From contig NC_000917.1 of the NCBI RefSeq assembly GCF_000008665.1, positions 240,001 to 272,000 of the forward strand: a DNA stretch of 32,000 nt. The letters run 5' to 3'. Under the pieces are notes generated by a model, which ran no database searches, was not told the origin of the DNA, and saw nothing but the letters and a program-made list of their open reading frames with translations. Below, piece by piece: positions 16,572-25,313 of this stretch. Position numbers and translations under genes: made by a program. Source of the DNA: Archaeoglobus fulgidus DSM 4304 (lineage in GTDB: Archaea > Halobacteriota > Archaeoglobi > Archaeoglobales > Archaeoglobaceae). Position 1 is the stretch's first letter, and each line of letters begins with the position of its first letter.

Positions 16572-18461
16572 ATGTCGCAATTTATTCTCCTAAAACTAAA
16601 CCAGAGGGGAAAAATTATCGATGTAACTGGTTTACCGGGTCTCAAAGGAAAGTACTTTCACGAGGTTTTTACTGTTGAGAATGGCACCGCATCTCCAGTT
16701 GCAAGGTATAACGGAATGAGCTTCAAAATGGCCAAGGTTGATTTTGATGACGGCCAAGTATGCGTGTTGATTCCGGAGCAGGACGAAAGCTGCCTGGACT
16801 ACCTTCCTATCGGTTTGGCGGTTGTCCGTGATGGTGAAATTGTATACTCAAACAACATGTTCAGAGAATTGTTAGGGGAGAATTACTATTCTGAGCGGTT
16901 CTCAAACTTCATTCGCTCTCTGAATGAAAAAATTGGTGAAGGTGTTGTGAGAGATGAGGTGGCAATCACCTCGGAGCTGGGAGAGGAGAGGAAGTTAGAA
17001 ATCATGGCTTCAAAGGGCTACTATAACGGTAAGGAAGCAATTTTGTGCACACTCAGAGATGCTACGAGGGACAGAGAGTTTGAAAACCTGTTTTTAACGC
17101 TGACAAGTAAAGCATTCGTAGTCGTTTACATCATTCAGGACGGAAAGTTCGCCTTCGTTAACGAGATGGCAACGGGGCTTGGGTACTCAATTGAGGAGCT
17201 ATACCGGATGAATCCCTTTGACTTAGTGCATCCAGATGACAAAGAGCAGGTTATCGACAACTACGTCAGAAGGCTTGCGGGTGAGCACGTTGAGGTTCCC
17301 TACAGGTTCAGACTCGTTGCCAGGGACGGCAGGTTACTTTACGTTGATGCTATAGCAGCGAGGGTGATTTTCAGAGGAAGGCCCGCTGTGATGGGGATGC
17401 TTATAGACAGAACTGATGAAATGAAAAATCAGGAAAAGCTCAAAATGTACGAGAGATTTTTCAGAAGGTCAAAGGACATGTTCTTCATTCTCGACAGATA
17501 CGGCAGGTTTATCGACGTTAACCCAAGATACGCAGAGATCCTGGGGTATGCGAAGGAGGACTTGCTGGGGCGGACTTCGAGAATTATTGCCCACGAGGAC
17601 GACTTGGAGATTCTGAGGGAGAACTTTGGGAAGGTGCTTAGAGGGGAGAGCGTGAAGTTCAGCTTTAGGGCTAAGAGCAGAGATGGTGGGGTAAGGTTTG
17701 TTGAGGTCGTCGAGTGGCCTGTGTTTAAAAATGGTGAGGTTGCTGGGGCTGAAGGTGTTATAAGGGACATTACGGACAGGGTGACAACCGAGGAGGAGCT
17801 GAAAAAGAAAAATCAGCTACTAAGGATAATCGGTGAAATAAACGAGCTCATTTTGAAGGAAAGGGACGAGTACGCTTTGCTGCAGAAGGTTTGCAGATTT
17901 TTCTCAAAAATCAGGGACACGGACTCATGGACTTGGATTCTGGACGGAAACAGGTTAATTAAGGCTACACCTCTAGCTCCAGAGTGTCATCTTGCTGAAA
18001 AAACCAAGGACGGAGTTTTGAGGTTTGAAGATTGCCATTGCCCTTTAAGCAAAGCTAAGAGCCTGGCCGTTCCAATCAGGCATAACGGGAACGTTTTTGG
18101 AGTTCTGGTTCTTTGCAATGTGGGCAGCCTGGCGGAGGATGAAATGACCATAATCGAGGAGCTGGGCATAAACCTGGGCTTTGCCGTCTCATCCTACAGA
18201 GCAGAGAGGGACAGGAAGATAGCCTTCAATCTCCTTCTTGAAAATCTGAAGCAGCTTGAGTCGCTTGCTGACAGGTTGAGAAATCCAGTAGCCATTATTT
18301 CCGGATTTCTCGAGATAAAGGACGACATAGGGTACGAGAGGGCGTTTAGAGAAATTGAGAACCAGATTGAGAGGATAAACAGAATTTTGGATGATTTGAG
18401 GCTGCAGGAGACTCTGACGTACTTCATCCTCAAGGGGGGTTTTGGGACAAAATTCCTTTAA
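16572..18461 (+). CDS. Multi-PAS/GAF sensor protein with a His-less DHp-like C-terminus and no ATPase domain; last 8 codons supplied by the IS element
   Basis: At least two clear PAS modules (FAFVNEMATGLGYSIEELYRMNPFDLVHPDD.., FIDVNPRYAEILGYAKEDLLGRTSRIIAHEDD..) follow an N-terminal PAS-like region. Then comes a GAF-like region and LESLADRLRNPVAIISGFLE, which is H-box-like but has no His. Confidence 0.75.
   Translation: MSQFILLKLNQRGKIIDVTGLPGLKGKYFHEVFTVENGTASPVARYNGMSFKMAKVDFDDGQVCVLIPEQDESCLDYLPIGLAVVRDGEIVYSNNMFRELLGENYYSERFSNFIRSLNEKIGEGVVRDEVAITSELGEERKLEIMASKGYYNGKEAILCTLRDATRDREFENLFLTLTSKAFVVVYIIQDGKFAFVNEMATGLGYSIEELYRMNPFDLVHPDDKEQVIDNYVRRLAGEHVEVPYRFRLVARDGRLLYVDAIAARVIFRGRPAVMGMLIDRTDEMKNQEKLKMYERFFRRSKDMFFILDRYGRFIDVNPRYAEILGYAKEDLLGRTSRIIAHEDDLEILRENFGKVLRGESVKFSFRAKSRDGGVRFVEVVEWPVFKNGEVAGAEGVIRDITDRVTTEEELKKKNQLLRIIGEINELILKERDEYALLQKVCRFFSKIRDTDSWTWILDGNRLIKATPLAPECHLAEKTKDGVLRFEDCHCPLSKAKSLAVPIRHNGNVFGVLVLCNVGSLAEDEMTIIEELGINLGFAVSSYRAERDRKIAFNLLLENLKQLESLADRLRNPVAIISGFLEIKDDIGYERAFREIENQIERINRILDDLRLQETLTYFILKGGFGTKFL
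18427..18438. repeat. Left copy of 12-bp target-site duplication TCCTCAAGGGGG
   Basis: An identical 12-mer lies at 19650-19661, directly outside the IS inverted repeats. Confidence 0.8.
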
Positions 18462-18616
18462 TCCCTGACAACAATCACATACGCTCTCCACCCAATATAC
18501 CTCTTGGGCACATCAACCTTTGCTGAATTACCGAAAGGCGTGACTCTCTTCTCGAAAACAACCTCAACCTCCTCTTTCAGAACAAAATCTCCCTTCTTCA
18601 CTTCAACCCTCCTCAT
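18458..18616 (-). CDS. DUF2080-family small transposon-encoded protein
   Basis: MRRVEVKKGDFVLKEEVEVVFEKRVTPFGNSAKVDVPKRYIGWRAYVIVVRD. The TPFGNSAKV.VPK..IG motif is typical of DUF2080. The 136-aa track ORF is an upstream extension antisense to the transposase. Alternative start at 18631. Confidence 0.65.
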   Translation of the reverse strand: MRRVEVKKGDFVLKEEVEVVFEKRVTPFGNSAKVDVPKRYIGWRAYVIVVRD

Positions 18617-18667
18617 GTTAAGTATATCCATAGAAATACTTAAATACTTTTTGGTTGGAATCAGAAC

Positions 18668-19636
18668 ATGAACCTTGGATTCAGAGTGACAGGGAAGTTT
18701 GTAAGGGAACTTCTGGATGTTTTGGATGAAATTGCAGAGGAGATAAGACAGGAGGAGAAGGAAAAGTATCCGTACACAGAATGGGAGAGGAAGAGAGAAG
18801 TTGTTAAGGAAAGGCTGAGAAAACTCCCTGAATACGTTAGAGAGGCTATTTCTGTGATAACCGTGCAAAAGAGGGTGGGAAGACCAAAGAAAGTTGATCT
18901 GGAGAAGAGAGTTATGCTCTTTCTGTTTGCAAGGCTGATGGACAAATCAAACAGAGATATTGAGGAGCTTTTAGAGCTGTTTGAACCTTTATTCGGGATA
19001 AAGGTTAGCTACAAAACGATAGAAAGATTATACTCGGATGAAGAAGTTAGAATGGCTTTACACAACCTCTTCATCCTTCTGCTTAGAGAGGAAGGAGTTT
19101 CAGGAGATTTTTCAGGAGATGGGACAGGATACAGCCTAACCATCACTAAGCACTATAGAAGCAATCCTAAAAGGAAAGGTAAAGACTTCAGATACGTTTT
19201 CAGGATAATTGACATCGATACGGGAATGTACGTTGGCTTTGGCTATTCTGACAGATCTGAGAAAGATGCCTTTGAGAAGGCTTTAGGAATGCTCAAAAGC
19301 ATGGGGGTGAAGGTAAACTCGATTTCTCTGGATAAGTATTACAGCAGTAGGAAGACTCTGAGGCTGTTTGATGCTGAGACAGCTGTCTACGTCATTCCAA
19401 AGCGAAATCTTGCCAGAATAGGATTTGACTGGTTGAGGGTTATCGAGAGGATTGTTGAAGCTCCTTATAGGTTTCTGAAGAGGTACTTCAAGAGGAACTT
19501 AAGTGAGGCAGGATTTTCTGCTGATAAGAGGAGATTTGGATGGTTGATAAGGCAGAGGAGGGAGGACAGGAGAGAGATGGCTTTGTTTGCTGTTGGGCTG
19601 TGGCACAATGTGTTTGCTGTTAGGGTGGTGAGGTAA
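18668..19636 (+). CDS. IS transposase (ISA1214 group)
   Basis: A 322-aa basic protein that fills the IS. Its stop lies inside the right inverted repeat. The N-terminus has HTH-like VGRPKKVDLEKRVMLFLFARLMDKSNRDIEELL. Confidence 0.8.
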   Translation: MNLGFRVTGKFVRELLDVLDEIAEEIRQEEKEKYPYTEWERKREVVKERLRKLPEYVREAISVITVQKRVGRPKKVDLEKRVMLFLFARLMDKSNRDIEELLELFEPLFGIKVSYKTIERLYSDEEVRMALHNLFILLLREEGVSGDFSGDGTGYSLTITKHYRSNPKRKGKDFRYVFRIIDIDTGMYVGFGYSDRSEKDAFEKALGMLKSMGVKVNSISLDKYYSSRKTLRLFDAETAVYVIPKRNLARIGFDWLRVIERIVEAPYRFLKRYFKRNLSEAGFSADKRRFGWLIRQRREDRREMALFAVGLWHNVFAVRVVR

Positions 19637-19649
19637 TTTTGTCCCAAAG

Positions 19650-19661
19650 TCCTCAAGGGGG
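19650..19661. repeat. Right copy of 12-bp target-site duplication TCCTCAAGGGGG
   Basis: Identical to 18427-18438. Confidence 0.8.
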
Positions 19662-19666
19662 AAAAG

Positions 19667-19674
19667 TATAAATA
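19667..19674 (+). promoter_or_regulatory. Putative TATA box of the TRAM gene, immediately outside the IS right end
   Basis: tataaata lies about 44 nt upstream of the TTG start. A GAGGTG SD sits at 19706-19711. Confidence 0.4.
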
Positions 19675-19717
19675 GTCTGCCGCAAGCATTTACGAAATTT
19701 GAAATGAGGTGTTGAAA

Positions 19718-19933
19718 TTGAGTGAATTTGGTAGAGAATTTGGCCGTGCGCCACCTGTGGAAGTTGGAGACATTAGGGAAGTAAGAATTGAGGCAGTAGG
19801 TTCGGAAGGGGACGGAATAGCGAAAGTTGATGGCTTCGTGGTCTTCGTGCCCGGAGTCAAAGTGGATGATGTGGTGACCATCAGGATAACAAAGGTCCTG
19901 AGAAAGTACGGCTTTGCCGAAGTTGTTGAGTGA
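19718..19933 (+). CDS. TRAM-domain protein (small OB-fold RNA-binding protein)
   Basis: PVEVGDIREVRIEAVGSEGDGIAKVDGFVVFVPGVKVDDVVTIRITKVLRKYGFAEVV is the standalone archaeal TRAM pattern. TTG 19718 follows the SD. GTG 19709 is the track start. Confidence 0.8.
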   Translation: MSEFGREFGRAPPVEVGDIREVRIEAVGSEGDGIAKVDGFVVFVPGVKVDDVVTIRITKVLRKYGFAEVVE

Positions 19934-19947
19934 AAAAATAAAAAATT

Positions 19948-20247
19948 TTAGAGCTTGTTTAAAAGCTCTTCAATATTATTTATTAGCTCTTTTATTTCTT
20001 TTAACTCTCCTTTCATTTCCTCGATTTTGTCGTAGCCCTCGTCTCTCACCATTGCTCCGTACTGTGTCGGGACTATTATGCCGGACTGCTCAAGCACACG
20101 CAGAGAATACCTTATTCTGTGCTTGGGCATGTTGAGAATGTCCGACAACTTAAATATCCCGACCGGCTGCTTCTCCATCACAGTCTTGAGCACTTCCAGG
20201 TGTCGAAGTACTATTTCCGCCTCAGCCTTCAATTTTCTGAACACCAT
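19948..20247 (-). CDS. Small winged-helix DNA-binding protein with C-terminal coiled coil
   Basis: LEVLKTVMEKQPVGIFKLSDILNMPKHRIRYSLRVLEQSGIIVPTQYG is wHTH-like. A TATA-like tttttatata sits 20 nt upstream of the ATG (leaderless spacing). Confidence 0.6.
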   Translation of the reverse strand: MVFRKLKAEAEIVLRHLEVLKTVMEKQPVGIFKLSDILNMPKHRIRYSLRVLEQSGIIVPTQYGAMVRDEGYDKIEEMKGELKEIKELINNIEELLNKL

Positions 20248-20313
20248 AATAATGGTAGTAAGTAACGTATATAAAAATTATGTTAGCAATTGATTTGCTC
20301 TTCAAAAGCACTG

Positions 20314-20655
20314 TCATTCAATCTCCGCTACCTCTATAACCTCAAGCGGAATTCGCGGCATTCTCTTTCCGATCTCGTACTTGGCGATTTTGGCCGCATG
20401 CTCCGGGCTTTTTGCGTTAAAAACCTTCATCTCGAAGATTAGCCCCACTAACGCAACACCGGCAACCATAAACACGGCCTTCAGCGGGCTGTTGCACTTT
20501 GGACAGGCTGTGTCTCCCACATCGATCTTCACGAAGTCCAAATCAGGGTTGAGCTTCTTCCCCGCCTCGGCAACCGCTATGTTCATCGCGTCCTCAACAC
20601 TTCTCGCCTTTCTCACAATCCACGCAGCCTGCAGAACGACAAGGTAATCGGGCAT
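20314..20655 (-). CDS. UPF0212 (DUF555) family protein
   Basis: 113 aa. MPDYLVVLQAAWIVRKARSVEDAMNIAVAEAGKKLNP...DVGDTACPKCNSPL matches the archaeal UPF0212 pattern from memory. Confidence 0.6.
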   Translation of the reverse strand: MPDYLVVLQAAWIVRKARSVEDAMNIAVAEAGKKLNPDLDFVKIDVGDTACPKCNSPLKAVFMVAGVALVGLIFEMKVFNAKSPEHAAKIAKYEIGKRMPRIPLEVIEVAEIE

Positions 20656-20826
20656 CCACCCAGTAGTGGTACTCCGATTTTAAAAACTGTTGCATAGTTT
20701 GCTGCAAAATCTTTAATGGTCGTTCTGGACTATTGGCAGAGCAAACTTAAATTTTTTGGATATATAGGCTTCAAACCACTCAAAATAAAGAAAGGCTTTT
20801 ATGTTGAGTAAATAAAGGCAAAAGTG

Positions 20827-22014
20827 ATGTCGGAGAACGTTGCTGTTATAGGAGTGGGACATTCCAAGTTTGGAACAAGGAAGGACGTGAACATTGCAGA
20901 GCTATGCTGGGAGTCTATGAAACCGGCTTTTGAGTCAGCCAATCTTGAGCCAAAAGACATAGAATTCTTTGTCGTGAGCAATGCAGGCATGTGGAGCAGC
21001 GAGGCTGCTGTTCCGGCGCTGATGGCGGAGTATGCAGACCTCGCCCCAAAGGGCTCAATGAGGGTTGAAGCAGCATGTGCCAGCGGGAGTGCTGCAGTGA
21101 GAGTTGGTTACACTGCTGTGAAGTCCGGAATGGCTGACATCGTTCTGGTTCTCGGCGTGGAGAAGATGCAGGAGTCCCCCAATCCGAACGTAATTGAGCT
21201 AATCGGCAGGTTCGGAAGCTACTTCTGGGAGTTCGAGAACTTCGGCCTCACCTTTCCAGCTTACTACGCCCTTCATGGCACGGCTTACATGATGAAGTAC
21301 GGAGCTACCGAAGAGGACTACGCAAAGGTTGCAGTAAAGAACCACTACTATGGAGCTAAGAACCCCTACGCACAGTTCCAGAGGGAGATTGATGTTGAGA
21401 CTGTGATGAAAAGCCCATACGTTGCTTGGCCCTTCAAGCTCTTCGACTGCTCACCCATCACCGATGGCTCAGCCTGCATTATTCTGGCGAGCGAGGAGAA
21501 GGTAAAGGAGCTTGGAATAGATGAGAAAATCTGGATTCTCGGACAGGGTGTTGGAACTGGAACTGCAAACCTGAGCAGAAGGGAGGAATTCAGCTCCCTT
21601 GCCTCAGCAACCTACGCTGCCGAGCAGGCCTACAAGATGGCCGGAATCGACATCGACGACCCAACTAAGTATCTGGACGGTGCCAACGTCCACGACTGCT
21701 TCACCGCTCCAGAGATTATTGCCTACGAGGACCTCAGATTCTGCAAGAGGGGAGAGGGCTACAAGCTGATCAGAGAGGAGCAGACCTACATCGGAGGAAA
21801 GATTCCGGTAAACGTTGATGGTGGCTTAAAGGCCAAAGGTCACCCCATTGGAGCAACTGGTGTAAGTCAGGCAGTGGAGGCTTACAAGCAGCTGCTGCAG
21901 AAGGCAGAGCCGGGAAGGCAGGCTGACATAAACAAGGGAAGGTGGCTTGCCCACAATGTTGGAGGAACGGGGCACTACAGCTACGTGACAATTTACGGGC
22001 TTGAGAAGAGGTGA
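20827..22014 (+). CDS. Thiolase (SCP-x/archaeal-type acetyl-CoA C-acyltransferase)
   Basis: VAVIGVGHSKFG...EAACASGSAAV (active-site Cys)...NVHDCF...GGLKAKGHPIGATG. ATG 20827; a GTG at 20824 is also possible. Confidence 0.85.
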   Translation: MSENVAVIGVGHSKFGTRKDVNIAELCWESMKPAFESANLEPKDIEFFVVSNAGMWSSEAAVPALMAEYADLAPKGSMRVEAACASGSAAVRVGYTAVKSGMADIVLVLGVEKMQESPNPNVIELIGRFGSYFWEFENFGLTFPAYYALHGTAYMMKYGATEEDYAKVAVKNHYYGAKNPYAQFQREIDVETVMKSPYVAWPFKLFDCSPITDGSACIILASEEKVKELGIDEKIWILGQGVGTGTANLSRREEFSSLASATYAAEQAYKMAGIDIDDPTKYLDGANVHDCFTAPEIIAYEDLRFCKRGEGYKLIREEQTYIGGKIPVNVDGGLKAKGHPIGATGVSQAVEAYKQLLQKAEPGRQADINKGRWLAHNVGGTGHYSYVTIYGLEKR

Positions 22015-22019
22015 TATCG

Positions 22020-22508
22020 ATGAAAGAGGAGATAAAGAAGGTTATTGAGGAAACGGGACTTCCCATCATCACTGACGAAAAGAGCGGTGCAGCTCAGTGG
22101 GTTGATTTGAGAGAGCTCAGGCTCAGCTACATCATCTCCGTTGAGAACATCAAGCCCTTCTACGAGGGGCTGAAGGAGGGCAAGCTGCTAGGAACGAAGT
22201 GCAAGAAGTGCGGAAGACTCTTCTTCCCACCTCAGAAGGACTGTCCAAGCTGCTTTGATTCAGACATAGAGTGGGTCGAGCTTAAGAATGAAGGAACGCT
22301 TGAAACAATGACGGTTGTCTTCGTAAGGCCGCCGTCATTCAGCGCATACGACCCCTACCCTGTAGCAATAGCAAAGCTTGACGATGGGCCGAGAATCCTT
22401 GCGTGGTACAAGGGTGACCCCCAGCAGGCTAAGCCCGGAATGAGGGTTAAGATTCAGGTAGGTAAGAGGAAGGAAGGCTACCTGATGTATGAAATTGCAC
22501 CGGCGTGA
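22020..22508 (+). CDS. DUF35 Zn-ribbon/OB-fold protein (thiolase-associated)
   Basis: GTKCKKCGRLFFPPQKDCPSCFDSDIEWVELKNEGTLETMTVV is the rubredoxin-like Zn ribbon followed by an OB fold. An AGAGGTGA SD lies 5 nt before ATG 22020. Confidence 0.8.
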   Translation: MKEEIKKVIEETGLPIITDEKSGAAQWVDLRELRLSYIISVENIKPFYEGLKEGKLLGTKCKKCGRLFFPPQKDCPSCFDSDIEWVELKNEGTLETMTVVFVRPPSFSAYDPYPVAIAKLDDGPRILAWYKGDPQQAKPGMRVKIQVGKRKEGYLMYEIAPA

Positions 22509-22517
22509 GGTGAGAGT

Positions 22518-24494
22518 ATGAAGGTAAAGAAGGTTTGTGTGCTTGGAGCTGGAGCAATGGGCAGCGGAATTGCCCAGGTGTGTGCGACCGCAGGCTATGA
22601 GGTATGGGTGAGAGACATAAAGCAGGAGTTTCTGGACAGAGGGAAGGCAGCGATTGAGAAGAACCTCCAGAAGGCTGTGAGCAAGGGCAAAATGACCGAA
22701 GAGAAGGCAAAGGAAATTCTCAGCAGAATTCACTTCACCCTCGACATGGAAGAGGCTGTTAAGGACGCTGATCTGGTCATCGAGGCGGTGCCCGAGATAA
22801 TGGATCTGAAAAAGCAAGTTTTCGCTGAAGTTCAGAAGTACGCCAAGCCTGAGTGCATCTTTGCAAGCAACACCTCAGGTTTGAGCATAACAGAGCTTGG
22901 AAATGCTACCGACAGACCGGAAAAGTTCCTTGGTCTGCACTTCTTCAACCCTCCGCCTGTGATGGCTCTCGTTGAGGTCATTAAGGGAGAGAAGACAAGC
23001 GATGAAACGATCAAGTTCGGCGTCGAGTTCGTAAAAAGCCTTGGGAAGGTTCCTGTTGTGGTTAAGAAGGATGTTGCTGGGTTCATAGTGAACAGAATTC
23101 TGGTGCCCTACCTTGTCCTTGCAATTGACGACGTTGAGAAGGGAGTTGCGACAAAGGAGGAAATCGATGCGACGATGATGTACAAGTACGGCTTCCCGAT
23201 GGGGCCCATAGAGCTTTCAGACTTCGTCGGGCTGGACATTCTCTACCACGCAAGCCAGCAGTGGGACATTGTTCCGCAATCAAAGCTTCTTGAGGAGAAG
23301 TTCAAGGCAAACGAGCTTGGAATGAAGACGGGCAAGGGATTCTATGACTGGAGCGCTGGAAGGCCAAAGATTCCTCAGGAGCTTGCTGGGAAGTACGACG
23401 CAATCAGACTCATAGCTCCGATGGTGAACATAGCTGCAGACCTAATTGCAATGGGTGTTGCAGATGCGAAGGACATCGATACTGCAATGAAGCTGGGAAC
23501 CAACATGCCCAAAGGGCCATGTGAGCTTGGCGATGAGATTGGTCTGGATGTAATCCTTGCAAAGGTCGAGGAGCTTTACAAGGAGAAGGGATTCGAGATT
23601 CTCAAGCCCTCAGAACACCTCAAGAAGATGGTGTCAGAGGGCAAGCTGGGAGAGAAGAGCGGTGAGGGCTTTTACAGCTATGGCAAGGGAGAGATGACCT
23701 TCAAGAACATCGAGATTGTTAAGGACACCGAGAACAAGATTGCAAAGCTCATAATAAACCGCCCGCAGAGACTGAACGCCCTCTCCCTCGACACGCTCGA
23801 TGAGATCTTCGAGGCTCTGAGAATGCTTGAGAAGGATGACGACGTGAGAGTTGTTGTAATTACCGGAGCCGGAGACAAGGCTTTCTCAGCAGGCTTTGAC
23901 TTGCAAACCGCAATGCAGGTGCCGGACTTCTTGGCCCCGGCAAACTCGATGATGGTGGCGGCGAAGGGACAGTGGGTCTTCACGCAGATTGAGAGGTTCC
24001 CGAAGCCGGTCATTGCAGCTATAAACGGATACGCCTTTGGTGGAGGGTGCGAGCTTGCCTTGGCATGTGATTTCAGAATAATGAAGAGAGGTGCCAAGAT
24101 TGGGCTCACGGAGATCAGCCTCGCCCTCATCCCCGGCTGGGGCGGAACGCAGCGCTTGCCAAAGCTGGTTGGACTTACAAAGGCCAAGGAAATGATAATG
24201 CTCGCAAAGAGAATTGATGCCGATGAGGCAGAGAGAATTGGGCTTGTCAACAAGGCTGTTGATCCGGAGAAGTTCGAGGAGGAGGTTATGGCCCTGGCAA
24301 AGGAGCTCGCAGCTGGCCCACCAGTCAGCCTGAGGGCGGCAAAGTACGCCATTAACTTCGGAGCTGAGCTTCCAGCAGAGATTGGACAGATGATCGAGGC
24401 CGGAATGTTCGCTGTTGCAACCTCAACTCAGGATGTTGTAGAGGGTGTTTCGGCCTTCTTCCAGAGGAGGAAGCCTGAGTTCAAAGGAAAGTAA
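22518..24494 (+). CDS. Fused 3-hydroxyacyl-CoA dehydrogenase (N-terminal) / enoyl-CoA hydratase (C-terminal)
   Basis: MKVKKVCVLGAGAMGSGIAQV is the NAD fold, with HFFNPPPVM. The C-terminal crotonase fold shows VVVITGAGDKAFSAGFDL...NGYAFGGGCELALACD. Confidence 0.9.
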   Translation: MKVKKVCVLGAGAMGSGIAQVCATAGYEVWVRDIKQEFLDRGKAAIEKNLQKAVSKGKMTEEKAKEILSRIHFTLDMEEAVKDADLVIEAVPEIMDLKKQVFAEVQKYAKPECIFASNTSGLSITELGNATDRPEKFLGLHFFNPPPVMALVEVIKGEKTSDETIKFGVEFVKSLGKVPVVVKKDVAGFIVNRILVPYLVLAIDDVEKGVATKEEIDATMMYKYGFPMGPIELSDFVGLDILYHASQQWDIVPQSKLLEEKFKANELGMKTGKGFYDWSAGRPKIPQELAGKYDAIRLIAPMVNIAADLIAMGVADAKDIDTAMKLGTNMPKGPCELGDEIGLDVILAKVEELYKEKGFEILKPSEHLKKMVSEGKLGEKSGEGFYSYGKGEMTFKNIEIVKDTENKIAKLIINRPQRLNALSLDTLDEIFEALRMLEKDDDVRVVVITGAGDKAFSAGFDLQTAMQVPDFLAPANSMMVAAKGQWVFTQIERFPKPVIAAINGYAFGGGCELALACDFRIMKRGAKIGLTEISLALIPGWGGTQRLPKLVGLTKAKEMIMLAKRIDADEAERIGLVNKAVDPEKFEEEVMALAKELAAGPPVSLRAAKYAINFGAELPAEIGQMIEAGMFAVATSTQDVVEGVSAFFQRRKPEFKGK

Positions 24495-24569
24495 AAATTC
24501 ACCTTTCAAATTTTTAAAAATAGGAAATTTTTTATTTCGGTTTGCTCATCATGGCACGGAGGTGGTTGA

Positions 24570-25313
24570 ATGAAAATAATCGTGCTCGCAAAGCACGCTC
24601 CAGATCCGGAGTCGGAGATTAGCGTTGCCAGCGATGGCAAAAGCATAAGCCAGAGCGGATTGGTTTACGACATCAACGACTGGGACAGGTATGCTGTTGA
24701 GGAGGCCATAAGAATCAAAGAGGAAAAGGGCGGAGAGGTTGTGGTGGTAGGTGTAGGCACGAACTGCGACGACACGCTGAGAAAATGCCTCGCCATGGGT
24801 GCTGACAGGGCAATAAAGATTCCCGTTGACACGTCCTTTGACGCGTACCAGACGGCTGAAGTGATAAAGGAGGCAATAAAGGACGAGCAGTTCGACATGA
24901 TTTTTGCAGGGCTCATGAGCCAAGACTTGAACAACGCACAGGTAGGTGTACTGCTCGCTGCAATGCTGGATTTGCCGGTTGCTACCGCCGTTGCTGAGCT
25001 TAAGGTTGAGGACGGAAAGGTTATAGCAAGGAGAGAGCTTGAAGGAGGCTATCTTGAGGAAGTGGAGCTTCCCACTCCGTGCGTTCTCACAATTCAGAGC
25101 GGTATCAACGAGCCAAGATACGTGTCGATTATGGGTATAAAGAGGGCCAAGTCGAAGGAGATGAAGGAAGTCAGCGTTACGCCAAGCATCTCAACGCTCG
25201 AAATAGAGAAAATGTATCTCCCGCCGGTCAAGAAGGCAGAGATGATTGAGGGTGATCCGTCACAGATAGCTGAGAAGATTATCCAGATACTGAAGGAGAG
25301 GGGGTTGATATAA
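24570..25313 (+). CDS. etfB: Electron transfer flavoprotein beta subunit
   Basis: MKIIVLAKHAPDPES...NDWDRYAVEEAIRIKEE...FDMIFAGLMSQD. Has its own TATA-like atttttaaaaata and a GGAGGTGG SD upstream. Confidence 0.9.
   Translation: MKIIVLAKHAPDPESEISVASDGKSISQSGLVYDINDWDRYAVEEAIRIKEEKGGEVVVVGVGTNCDDTLRKCLAMGADRAIKIPVDTSFDAYQTAEVIKEAIKDEQFDMIFAGLMSQDLNNAQVGVLLAAMLDLPVATAVAELKVEDGKVIARRELEGGYLEEVELPTPCVLTIQSGINEPRYVSIMGIKRAKSKEMKEVSVTPSISTLEIEKMYLPPVKKAEMIEGDPSQIAEKIIQILKERGLI

Larger units (their letters stand above)
18439..19649 (+). mobile_element. ISA1214-type insertion sequence (about 1.21 kb), intact
   Basis: Terminal inverted repeats TTTGGGACAAAATT sit at 18441-18454 and 19635-19648 (reverse complement). 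Imperfect matching extends about 40 bp inward. The element is flanked by a 12-bp direct repeat and contains divergent DUF2080 and transposase ORFs. Boundaries are uncertain by about 3 nt. The name and length match are from memory of A. fulgidus IS elements. Confidence 0.85.

Noticed and set aside
18439-19649. The idea that the IS truncated a histidine kinase by removing its ATPase domain.
   Set aside because: Removing the IS and one copy of the 12-bp duplication in silico gives a native stop only 5 codons past the junction, followed by the TRAM promoter. There is no room for a lost HATPase domain.
23678-24352. A 224-aa antisense ORF inside the HBD/ECH gene. There are similar long antisense ORFs at 15806-16333, 2393-2905, 2842-3333, 10456-10884, 10779-11231 and 22335-22817.
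   Set aside because: These are low-complexity Ser/Ala/Pro/Leu-rich translations that lie fully inside strongly supported genes on the other strand. They are typical stop-poor antisense frames, with no motifs or SD/TATA support.
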